Below, piece after piece: positions 20,474-29,212 of a DNA stretch of 64,000 nucleotides. Source of the stretch: an uncultured Desulfospira sp. (GTDB lineage Bacteria > Desulfobacterota > Desulfobacteria > Desulfobacterales > Desulfobacteraceae); the NCBI GenBank assembly GCA_963663165.1, contig OY760175.1, forward strand, positions 288,001 to 352,000, in the 5' to 3' direction. How positions within the stretch are numbered: the first letter of the stretch is position 1; each line of letters starts with the position of its first letter. The position numbers and the translations under genes were made by a program. Below the pieces are notes generated by a model. The model ran no database searches, was not told the origin of the DNA, and was given only the letters and a program-made list of their open reading frames with translations.

Positions 20474-21142
20474 TCAGTTCCAGTCTTTGCAGGGAATCCC
20501 GCCTGAAACCGCATAGGCCTTCAGCTTTGGGGTGGGGTTGACGGCCACGGCCTCATCGGCCGCTGTGATGATGGGGATATCCGAGTGATGGTCGGTATAT
20601 ACCGTGAACCGGGAACGGGGAAAATCCCGCCTTAATTCTTTAAAACAAACAGCTTTTACCCTGCCGTAACAGTTTTCGCCGGCAAGCTTTCCGGTAATGG
20701 TGCCGTAGCGGCTTATCCCTGCTTTGGTACAGATCACATCATCAAAGCCAAGGGCCTGGCCGATGATGGTGACATACAAATCAAAGCTGGCGCTCATCAG
20801 GATCAGATACCGGTTTTGGGCCTGAAGTTCCCGGATGGCTGAAAGGGCTTGGGGCCTGGCCGCCTTTGGCAAAAATGCCTTAAGAAAACCATGGGCGTAA
20901 CCCGCTGCCTGATCTTTGTGAAGCCCCCCGATCACATGGTAGAGAAAAAACCCCTTAAGCCAGGTGTTGTCCCGGACCCCGGCCTTGTGCATGAACACCG
21001 CCGCGGCCAGCAGCGGGCACCTGAACCATCTTGCCGGGCGGCGGATTAAAACATAGATCAGGAAGGCCGCATAGGTGTCTGTCCGGGTAATGGTCCCGTC
21101 TAAATCAAACACTTCCACATGGCTGAACCGGCGGTCTGTCAT
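20474..21142 (-). CDS. HAD-IB family phosphatase
   Basis: FDLDGT, SAS, NCYGRVK, YTDHHSD, VNP. Confidence 0.88.
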   Translation of the reverse strand: MTDRRFSHVEVFDLDGTITRTDTYAAFLIYVLIRRPARWFRCPLLAAAVFMHKAGVRDNTWLKGFFLYHVIGGLHKDQAAGYAHGFLKAFLPKAARPQALSAIRELQAQNRYLILMSASFDLYVTIIGQALGFDDVICTKAGISRYGTITGKLAGENCYGRVKAVCFKELRRDFPRSRFTVYTDHHSDIPIITAADEAVAVNPTPKLKAYAVSGGIPCKDWN

Positions 21143-21543
21143 GACCGTTTCCTGGACGGCCTGAAGGTGATGGTAAGGTTGCAGATAAAATTGAGCAGGA
21201 AAACAATTCCCGTGGCCAGCACCTGTGAAACCAGGTAGTAAAGCCCCAGAACAGACAGGAAAAATTTAAATATCTGTGCGTTCACAAACAGCATGATCAG
21301 GGCAAAGCCAAAATAGAATACAATGGCCCGGCCATGGTGTTCGCCTGAACTGAACACCCAGTGGTACTGGATCAGATAATTGACCATACAGCCCGTTACA
21401 AAGCCGGCAGACGTGGCAAAGATTTTGTCCATGCCTGTGGTTTCTACCAGCAGCGCCAATACCAACAGATGGACCAGCACGGCCAGGCCGCCGCTGACCA
21501 TATACCGGAAAAATTTTGTTGCGGTTTGTCTTGTGGGCAGCAA
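21139..21543 (-). CDS. GtrA family lipid-linked sugar translocase
   Basis: 4 TM helices, FFRYMVSG, NYLIQYHWVF. Confidence 0.85.
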   Translation of the reverse strand: MLPTRQTATKFFRYMVSGGLAVLVHLLVLALLVETTGMDKIFATSAGFVTGCMVNYLIQYHWVFSSGEHHGRAIVFYFGFALIMLFVNAQIFKFFLSVLGLYYLVSQVLATGIVFLLNFICNLTITFRPSRKRS

Positions 21544-21555
21544 GGCAGATGGCCT

Positions 21556-22515
21556 TTAGGAGAAATTGTTGACCAGGAAAATATGAAGCCAGGGGATGTC
21601 TACAAGGAGCAAAAAGGCAGTCCAGAGAAGAAGCCCTAAACTGAAAACAAGAAACTTCCACTCTTTATAAAGCTTTTCAGGGTTTTGAACCACCGAGTCA
21701 TCCTTGAGGCCAAGGTAGAGATACCCCATAAACAGCAAAGAGAAAAACGGATAGGTAAAGATCATTTCAATCCGGTACTTGTACAATAAAATCCCCAGAA
21801 AAAAAGCAGCGCAAAGGGCATGGAAAAATGAGGCCAGCATCAGCCGGTCCTGGGTGTAATACTTAAAGGAGGGGCGGTAGTCTTTTGAGGTTTTTTCGCC
21901 GATCTGCCGCAATTCCGCAAACCGTTTGATGGTCATGAGAAAAGATCCTCCGAACCAGTAGGCCAGCAATGCCGTTGACGGCGGAAACGGGCTGTCCAGA
22001 ACAATATACCAGCCGGCCAAAAACCGTATGGGATTGTTAAGGGCCTCGGACACCACATCCACAAAGGGCTTGTCCTTTGAGCGAAGGGGCGGGACATTAT
22101 AAATGATGCCCATGATTAACAAGGCCAGGATACTTAATAAAAAGGGGGTCCCGATGGCCCAGGCTATCCCTGAAGAGGCAAGGCACAGCAGCACATACTG
22201 GCCCATCATCAGATCAAACCGGACCAGCCCCCTGGCACAGGGCCGGTTCATTTTTTTGGGGTGCCGCCGGTCAAATTCACGGTCCAGGTACTCGTTGATG
22301 GTGTAATTGGCTGATGCTGCAAGGCTTGTGGCCAGCACGCCAAAGAAAATCGCCACAAAAAGGGACAGGCTGATCCGGTTATCCACAATCAGTGCTGCGG
22401 CAATGCCGGGAAGCATGAACACGTTTTTAAACCAATGGTCTATGCGCATGATCTGGATATATGGATTCTGGAAAAGAACAGATGCAGGGCCGGTTTTATG
22501 TGAAGTTTTAATCAT
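21556..22515 (-). CDS. UbiA family prenyltransferase (decaprenyl-phosphate phosphoribosyltransferase-like)
   Basis: RIDHWFKN, NYTINEYLDREFDRRHPKKMNRP, IKRFAE. Confidence 0.85.
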   Translation of the reverse strand: MIKTSHKTGPASVLFQNPYIQIMRIDHWFKNVFMLPGIAAALIVDNRISLSLFVAIFFGVLATSLAASANYTINEYLDREFDRRHPKKMNRPCARGLVRFDLMMGQYVLLCLASSGIAWAIGTPFLLSILALLIMGIIYNVPPLRSKDKPFVDVVSEALNNPIRFLAGWYIVLDSPFPPSTALLAYWFGGSFLMTIKRFAELRQIGEKTSKDYRPSFKYYTQDRLMLASFFHALCAAFFLGILLYKYRIEMIFTYPFFSLLFMGYLYLGLKDDSVVQNPEKLYKEWKFLVFSLGLLLWTAFLLLVDIPWLHIFLVNNFS

Positions 22516-22530
22516 GGGTCCTTTTATAAG

Positions 22531-23175
22531 TTAATTTTCAACGGTTCGCAATACAATATCATCGTACCGGACAAGTCCGGCCATATACCCCCAGATTCTG
22601 GGGACAATATAACCGTTCTCAGGGTCCTCAACGGTAAAATCCAGGGAAACCACCTGCCATGTGCCGATTTTGTCCATTGCCGCTTCTTGTTTGATAAAAT
22701 CGTACTTTGGGGTTTTGCGGTCCTTGTCAAATGCAACAAAGCTGATACCGGCCTTTCCTGACGGGCTGCCGATTTTCAGTTTGGCCTCATAGTGGAATTT
22801 GTCGCCCGGTTTAACCTTGACAAAGTATCCCGCATTGACGGCCCAGTCGGTTTTTTGGCTGCACGTGATCAGGAGGCAGCCGGTGCCGTTGCTGCCCTTT
22901 GGATCCTTAGAAAGCTTTGCCACCCCTTTTTCACCGGAATATATGGTGATCCAGAATCCAAACGGGTCAGCTGAATTAAAGTCGTCGATTCTGGCGTAAC
23001 CCGGACCCGGTTCGTCAATCACCGCTTCCGGGATCAGAAGGTTAAACGGCCAGTAATCGCTTAAATGAAAGGTATCAAATAAATTGATTCCCATCCGCAC
23101 TTTAATGCCGTATCCGGCGGCAAGCAAAACAAAAAGGATGACAATACCCACTAAAAAATATTTCACCATTTTCAT
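22531..23175 (-). CDS. membrane-anchored protein with carbohydrate-binding (CBM4/9-like) domain
   Basis: N-terminal TM; VKPGDKFHY..W..VSLDF..VRYDDIVL beta-sandwich pattern. Confidence 0.55.
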   Translation of the reverse strand: MKMVKYFLVGIVILFVLLAAGYGIKVRMGINLFDTFHLSDYWPFNLLIPEAVIDEPGPGYARIDDFNSADPFGFWITIYSGEKGVAKLSKDPKGSNGTGCLLITCSQKTDWAVNAGYFVKVKPGDKFHYEAKLKIGSPSGKAGISFVAFDKDRKTPKYDFIKQEAAMDKIGTWQVVSLDFTVEDPENGYIVPRIWGYMAGLVRYDDIVLRTVEN

Positions 23176-23253
23176 AGCATATCTCCTTTCAAATTGTTTA
23201 CGATATTATTTTTACCCTCATATCAAACAGCCGGCAGAAAACCAGCCGCAAAA

Positions 23254-24429
23254 TTATTTTTGTTTTCGCCGGGTCTTCTGTATAAATTTATAGGTCAGGG
23301 AATGGGTGCGAATATAGGGCCGGATTTTGGTGACGTAAACCTTTCTTGCCAGGTAGCGGAACCGGACAATGGTGGTCAGCAGGTCGCCTTTCAGGGAATG
23401 TTTAAACAGGTAAAGGTCATAGACGTCCTCTTTTTGCGGCCGCATGTAATCCATATAAGACTTGCCGGTCATGAGGTTGAGCTGTTTGGGCGGCGCTTGA
23501 TGGTCATAATACCGCTGCATCATGTATTCAATCATAAAATGGCCCGGAGAATAATGGGCAAAGGATTCATCATATCCGGTTTTTAAGGTATATGCCCCCC
23601 CGGGAGCGGTTAAGACCAGTTCGGCAACCACAGGCTTGCCCTCAATCCACATCAGGTTGATTTCACACGCGTTCTGTGAAGAAAATGCCCGGTACAATGC
23701 CCTGTAAAAGTGATCAGACTCCTGGTTCAGCGCCACCGCACTGCCGGTTTCTTTTTTCCAGCCGGAGCTTTCGATTTTAAGGAAAATGCGATAAGCCTCC
23801 TTGAACTGCTGGCGGGATACGGCGGTCTGGAAATGAAACCCCGGCAGTTTGTTCAGTCGGTTTCGTTTGTTTCGCAATCGTTTCCGGGTGCTTTTGGACA
23901 GCTTCCCCAACATGGTTTCAAAGGGCTCCAGGAAAAAGATGTTGCAGCGGTTCACCTTTTTTTTAATGGAGCGCAGGGCCGGGACCCCGGCAAAACTTTC
24001 CATGGCAAATGATGATTTATACACCATTTTAATGCGCAGCAGATCCCAGGGCATAAGCCGGGCCAAGCGGTGATTGCCGCAAAGGGCCTGGTACAGGTCC
24101 AGTGGCGGGGACAGGCCGTCGGTTAAGATATCCCGGTAAGTTAAATGGCGGTGTTCGGGCACGCTCAATATGGTGACCCCGATTCCTTTAATCCCTATAA
24201 ATTGCCGCTTTAAAGGAATGATGGCCCTTAAATGATCCTGTTCATATATGGCAATAATAAAAAAATGGTCCGGGTTTTTTTCAAGAGCCGCAAGGTAACT
24301 CTCGTACCATTGTGGCGAATGAAAAAAATGAGTCCTGCCGGCCTTGTCAAATAGTGCCTGCCAGTCCGGCCGTATCGTCTGAAATCCTTTCATTCCCTTG
24401 AAGATACGAAGCTTGTGAATTGATGTCAT
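23254..24429 (-). CDS. GNAT family acetyltransferase (CelD/BcsL-like)
   Basis: DWQAL..FFHSPQW, ESSGWK, KTGYDE..YSPG. Confidence 0.82.
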   Translation of the reverse strand: MTSIHKLRIFKGMKGFQTIRPDWQALFDKAGRTHFFHSPQWYESYLAALEKNPDHFFIIAIYEQDHLRAIIPLKRQFIGIKGIGVTILSVPEHRHLTYRDILTDGLSPPLDLYQALCGNHRLARLMPWDLLRIKMVYKSSFAMESFAGVPALRSIKKKVNRCNIFFLEPFETMLGKLSKSTRKRLRNKRNRLNKLPGFHFQTAVSRQQFKEAYRIFLKIESSGWKKETGSAVALNQESDHFYRALYRAFSSQNACEINLMWIEGKPVVAELVLTAPGGAYTLKTGYDESFAHYSPGHFMIEYMMQRYYDHQAPPKQLNLMTGKSYMDYMRPQKEDVYDLYLFKHSLKGDLLTTIVRFRYLARKVYVTKIRPYIRTHSLTYKFIQKTRRKQK

Positions 24430-24477
24430 TTACGGTTTCCCTTTAGACCTTAATTTGAACTTAGAAATAATGATGGA

Positions 24478-25674
24478 TTAATTCGCTTGCTTTTTCAGGG
24501 CGTTCAGCATACCGCGGGCCTTTGATTCAAATATAGGATTGCTTTTTACCGCGGTTTTGATCCCATTATAACATTTCTGGCCGAAAAAGGGCACCCCGTA
24601 GCGGAAAAGCGACAGTCGAAAGTTATGCCGGATGTGGGTGGCGAACCGGTGTTTGAATGCGGCTTTGCCGATGGTAAAATCGAATTCGTCCACCTGTTGC
24701 TCCAGGGCATATTCAAAAAGGTACTTAATCAGGACCTCTCCCGGTGAGTGTTTCTTCCAGCTCACATCAAAAGTCGGTTTATACCAGACAAACCGGCCGC
24801 CAAATATAAAGCCCAAATGATAGGCAATGGGGCGGCCGTTAAACAGAACCACGGAAAAGCGAAGCCAGGGGGTAGACACAAAGGCCTTTGACAGGTTCAT
24901 GAAAAAATTTTTCTGGCGGGTGTCCTTAAACTGGCTTGAATCGCCGGCCAGTGCCCTGCGCCCAATGTGCTGGGCAAAAAAAAGGGGAAAGTGGCGTTCT
25001 ATTTCCGATAATGACGTACAGTGTTGAAATTTCAGCTCTCCCATCCGGTTAAAATAGTTAAAATGCCGTTTAAGGCTTTTCTTCCTGGGGATTTTCAAGG
25101 CTTCATCAGGGTCGCTGAAAATGCAGGTGGGCGCTTCATACAGGCAGGTTTTTTGCAAGTGGTGGGAGGTGCCTGCCATTACTTTTTCCAGTATCTCAAG
25201 ATGGCATGAGGTATCGGGGATATCTGAAAAGTGCAGCACATCCCACAGGTGGCCGTGGATCATCAGCCAGTCCATAAAAGCGTTCAATACATGGGGATGA
25301 TCCGGATCAACCAGAAAATCAGAATAATCACTTTGGGCATAATCACTTTCAGCGGGTGCCCCTATAAACGCCACGACCCGCTGCCGGATGAAGCCGACCC
25401 GCCTGTCCGACACCATAAGGGGGGCAACGCCGGTCAATGCACGGTCTTCCGTCCATGCCGTCAGGATAAGCCCCTGGAACAGGTCACCATAGGTTTTCCA
25501 CCAGCACTCATGCCATTCATAGGTCTGGAAAATAGAGTGGGTTGTATTTTCTTTAGCCAGCCGGTTCCATTCATTTTTATAGGGCTTTGCCTGGGCCGGA
25601 TCCGTCAAAACAACAATATCAACCCCGTGAAGTCTGCAAACGTTTGAATTTTGATTTTTTATAGTCTGGTCCAT
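24478..25674 (-). CDS. GNAT family acetyltransferase (CelD/BcsL-like)
   Basis: EWNRL..FQTYEW, SDYSDF, HSPGEVL, FDFTIG. Confidence 0.82.
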   Translation of the reverse strand: MDQTIKNQNSNVCRLHGVDIVVLTDPAQAKPYKNEWNRLAKENTTHSIFQTYEWHECWWKTYGDLFQGLILTAWTEDRALTGVAPLMVSDRRVGFIRQRVVAFIGAPAESDYAQSDYSDFLVDPDHPHVLNAFMDWLMIHGHLWDVLHFSDIPDTSCHLEILEKVMAGTSHHLQKTCLYEAPTCIFSDPDEALKIPRKKSLKRHFNYFNRMGELKFQHCTSLSEIERHFPLFFAQHIGRRALAGDSSQFKDTRQKNFFMNLSKAFVSTPWLRFSVVLFNGRPIAYHLGFIFGGRFVWYKPTFDVSWKKHSPGEVLIKYLFEYALEQQVDEFDFTIGKAAFKHRFATHIRHNFRLSLFRYGVPFFGQKCYNGIKTAVKSNPIFESKARGMLNALKKQAN

Positions 25675-25714
25675 GATGCGGTTGGTTTCTCTTTTGCCCG
25701 CCGTAATGACGGCC

Positions 25715-26758
25715 CTATAGGTAATGCCCCTGGGGTGGAACCCGAAGCTGAAGATTTTTTTTCCAGAAGCCAGAAGCCTTTAGCCTGTATACCTCATGGG
25801 TATCGGTCAGGCCAATGCCGAATCGTTTCAGATGGTACCGCCGGGCCCGGATGGTTTCCGGGTCATTGATGCCGTTCACGGTTGAAAACGCGATGGACAG
25901 CCCGCTTTCCTTTACGGCGGCCAGGACTCTTTGATCAAAACGGCCCTCGGGAAAAGCCATGGCGGTAACGGTTTTGTTCAGCCGCATTTCAATGGCGTTT
26001 TTTGAAGAAAGAATCTCGGTTTTAATCTGCTCAGCATCAAGGACCGGCAGGCTTGGCGGATGGCTGGCCGTATGGCCTTCAATAGAAATACCGTTTTTGT
26101 TCAGCTCCCTTAGCTCGTTCCAGGAGCATATCAGCCCGGCATATTGGCCTGAATTAATGTGGCATTGTTCTTCTAACTGCGATAGAAGGTCATTGCGCTG
26201 TTGGATCGACAGGGCTGCAAAATCCGCAAACAATGCATCGTTGGTGATGACCGGAGCAGCGTCGGGGTTGCCCGTGAACCGGTTGAGCGCCTGTTTCATT
26301 TTTTCAAGGGACGAAACCCTTAGCACCATATAATACCGGTCTGCCCAGGGGACGTAAGCCTTATCGGCAAATCCTGAAGTGGCAAAGATAACGGCAGGGA
26401 TATGCCGTTGTTTCAACACCGGATAGGCATGCAGATAATTGTCCCGGTATCCGTCATCAAAGGTAATCATCACGGGATTGTCCGGCAGCGGGTTCCCGTG
26501 AATGACGGCATTTACCACATCTTTAAGGCTGACAATGCTGTAATGGGAAAGAAGATAGTCCATTTGCCATGCAAATGATTTTTTTTCAACAAACATTCCC
26601 CATTGCTGGGGATAGAGCCTGCCGGGGGTAGTCGTGATCCGGTGGTAGGTCAAGACGGTAAGCCCTTTTTTTTTGATACAGTTATAATATCGATCTGCCG
26701 GGAAAATGCTGGTCAGCGGAAAGGCAATCGCTTTTTTAGACAGTGCCTTGATTTTCAC
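25715..26758 (-). CDS. polysaccharide deacetylase (NodB/IcaB-like)
   Basis: LTYHRI, ITFDDGYRDN, GHTASH, AFPEG. Confidence 0.9.
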   Translation of the reverse strand: MKIKALSKKAIAFPLTSIFPADRYYNCIKKKGLTVLTYHRITTTPGRLYPQQWGMFVEKKSFAWQMDYLLSHYSIVSLKDVVNAVIHGNPLPDNPVMITFDDGYRDNYLHAYPVLKQRHIPAVIFATSGFADKAYVPWADRYYMVLRVSSLEKMKQALNRFTGNPDAAPVITNDALFADFAALSIQQRNDLLSQLEEQCHINSGQYAGLICSWNELRELNKNGISIEGHTASHPPSLPVLDAEQIKTEILSSKNAIEMRLNKTVTAMAFPEGRFDQRVLAAVKESGLSIAFSTVNGINDPETIRARRYHLKRFGIGLTDTHEVYRLKASGFWKKNLQLRVPPQGHYL

Positions 26759-27102
26759 TGTTCGCTCCGAATGGTGTTTTTATTTGAATGAAATGTTTGA
26801 TTGTCCATTCATAACAGATGGCACTCCGGGAGTCAACCTGGCGCAAAGGATCTTTGGCCGTCTTAAAAAAAACAATCTGGGGTGGGGGGCCGCCAAACCG
26901 GTTGCCACATTTAGACTTGATGTGCGCTTTTCTTTTGTGGTAATTGGTTGTAACCGATCTGATTGATGATGCCTATGCTGTCCCTGCCCGCCACATTTGC
27001 CGCCCCTGCTCGCCACTAAATGGGGGGTATTGTGGATAAGTAAAGTGTGTAAATTCTATCAATCTGACGACATGGCACCTGACAACACTTTGGAGAAAAT
27101 AA

Positions 27103-27963
27103 TTGAATACAATTGCAACAAAGACCATGAGAGAAAGGCGATTTGAATTCGGTAAAAACTGGCAAAGCTTTTTGGCCACCTTAACCGATGAACGGATCAA
27201 CCTTGCACAGGCATCCATAAAGGAAATGCTTAAGGTTGAAGACCTGAAGGGCAAAACCGTTTTAGATATCGGTTCTGGAAGCGGGTTGTTCTCACTTGCC
27301 GTGCGAAATCTGGGCGCAAAAGTCCACTCCTTTGATTGTGATTCAAACTCCACAGCCTGTACCCGGGAACTTCGCTTACGATATTATCCCAATGATCCTG
27401 ACTGGGTTGTGGAAGACGGTTCGGTGCTGGATAAAGTGTATCTTAAATCCCTTGGCAAATTTGACCTGGTCTATTCATGGGGGGTCCTGCACCATACCGG
27501 AAGCATGTGGGAGGCCATGGAAAACATTGTCCCCCTGGTTAAGGAAAACGGGACCCTTTTTATATCCATATACAATTATCAGAAGGTCCTGTCCAAGTTC
27601 TGGAAAAAGGTAAAGGCAGTGTATTGCTCAGGGGGCATTGGAAAAGCCGTCATTCTCTGTATTTTCTTTCCGTATTATATTTTAAAAAACCTGTTGTTGT
27701 GCGCCATAAAAAAAGAGAACGTTTTTGCCTCGTATAAGAAACAAAGGGGGATGTCCATTGTCCACGACTGGTTTGACTGGCTGGGGGGCTATCCCTTTGA
27801 AGTGGCAAAAGTAGAAGAGATATTTCACTTTTTGCATGAAAGGGGATTTTCGCTAAGCAATATTGCCACCACCAACGGCCTGGGCAATAATCAATTTGTT
27901 TTTGAAAAAAAGGTAACTGTTCAGCAGTGCCCCATCTTCGCTCATTCAGGCCTTCTCACATAG
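27103..27963 (+). CDS. class I SAM-dependent methyltransferase; last ~16 codons and stop come from MITE B
   Basis: LDIGSGSG, FDLVYSWGVLHHTG, DWLGGYPFE. Confidence 0.88.
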   Translation: MNTIATKTMRERRFEFGKNWQSFLATLTDERINLAQASIKEMLKVEDLKGKTVLDIGSGSGLFSLAVRNLGAKVHSFDCDSNSTACTRELRLRYYPNDPDWVVEDGSVLDKVYLKSLGKFDLVYSWGVLHHTGSMWEAMENIVPLVKENGTLFISIYNYQKVLSKFWKKVKAVYCSGGIGKAVILCIFFPYYILKNLLLCAIKKENVFASYKKQRGMSIVHDWFDWLGGYPFEVAKVEEIFHFLHERGFSLSNIATTNGLGNNQFVFEKKVTVQQCPIFAHSGLLT

Positions 27964-28064
27964 CAACAGTATGCTACGAAGTCCTGACTAAACAAATATG
28001 AAGCACTGATGAACAGTTACGGACTCTTGTTTTGCTTAGTTTTCAGCATTAGCTGAATAGTTAC
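27913..28064. mobile_element. MITE family B, copy 1 (152 bp)
   Basis: ends GTAACTGTTCAGC / GCTGAATAGTTAC; near-identical to 40535-40686; TSD not clean here. Confidence 0.85.
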
Positions 28065-28253
28065 GAAAAATTATCACATCCTTTACAGTTAAGATTGCAA
28101 TGTTCAACTAAATGGACCTCAAATTGTATTTGTTTTTTGGGACTTCTTTTTGCCGTCTGTCTGATGAAATGTTTAACTTGCCTGTAGGCGGGCTTTAGCC
28201 CGGGGATAATGCGGAGCCGCTCTTTTATGAAGGTTTTCATGATTCCCCTTGGC

Positions 28254-29042
28254 TTATTTTTCCGGTCTCGGATGGCTTTTTATATACCGGATTGTATCCA
28301 TGGCTTTAATGGCGATCTTTCCCAGGATACTTTCCGGTTTATATCCTTTGAATTCTGTTACTTCAATGCCGCCGAACATTTTTTTAAAAAAATTTATCCG
28401 CTCCAGTTCATTACCGGCCCCGGGGGGAGCAATTCCGCCCATGTCGTAAATCCGAAAACCCTTTTTTTTAAATTCTGTCATATCCGCCCAGTGCAGGTAA
28501 CGGTTGGCCCTGCCGATAAGGTTTCGTCTTTCCTGGTCAGCGGCCTGCCTGAAGAATGAGGCTGAATACAGCAGCCGTACACGCAGGCCTGTTTGGTCTA
28601 TGATATAGACATGGTAACACAAAGGGATGCCGTCACCGTCTTTTGCAACCGAACAGCCAAGGGCGTTGTTTAACCGCAGGGCCGACAATCTTTTCCGGCT
28701 GCATGGGGATAAGCCTTTGTCTTTTGCAAACCCGTCATAGAACTGTGCAAATTCCCTTATATCATGTTCTTCAGGGGACAGGTCCATATGGACTGATAAA
28801 TTATCTTTTAGCGCCGCTCTCCTGATTTCATAACGTGTATTCTTTGTCATGCCATCGAGAATCGATTTTTCATCCATGGCCAGGTTTATATGAAGGGTTT
28901 TAAACTCTTCAAATCCGGGTGATTTGGTCATGCACTGGGTATAAACAACAATATCCGTTTTGTTTTTTTCTGCCTGCAGGGCTTTGGCGAAATATACTTC
29001 TTTGATCTTGAGGAGGTATTTTTTTTGTTCAATGGATAACAT
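28254..29042 (-). CDS. FemAB-like / peptidoglycan-bridge GNAT-fold protein
   Basis: KNTRYEIRRA, YDMGGI, INFFKKMFGG. Confidence 0.75.
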   Translation of the reverse strand: MLSIEQKKYLLKIKEVYFAKALQAEKNKTDIVVYTQCMTKSPGFEEFKTLHINLAMDEKSILDGMTKNTRYEIRRAALKDNLSVHMDLSPEEHDIREFAQFYDGFAKDKGLSPCSRKRLSALRLNNALGCSVAKDGDGIPLCYHVYIIDQTGLRVRLLYSASFFRQAADQERRNLIGRANRYLHWADMTEFKKKGFRIYDMGGIAPPGAGNELERINFFKKMFGGIEVTEFKGYKPESILGKIAIKAMDTIRYIKSHPRPEK

Positions 29043-29212
29043 GATAAATAGTAAGCTGTTTAACGTTTAAACCTGATAAGCCGCAATTATAATCGGCTTC
29101 TTGTTTCAGGGCGTCGGAAATCCGTTCAACCCAACAGCCCTGGAATTTCGAATTTGGAAATCAGGGGCCGCCAATTCATATCACAACTAATTTAAAATTG
29201 CAGGGGGGGCTT

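Noticed and set aside
28003..28040. Hammerhead ribozyme in MITE B (CTGATGA present)
   Set aside because: No GAAA core after stem II; CTGATGA is part of the internal terminal-repeat copy.
28184..28202. REP-like GTAGG-CGGGCT-TT-AGCCCG
   Set aside because: Single copy in the window and no RAYT gene; insufficient support.
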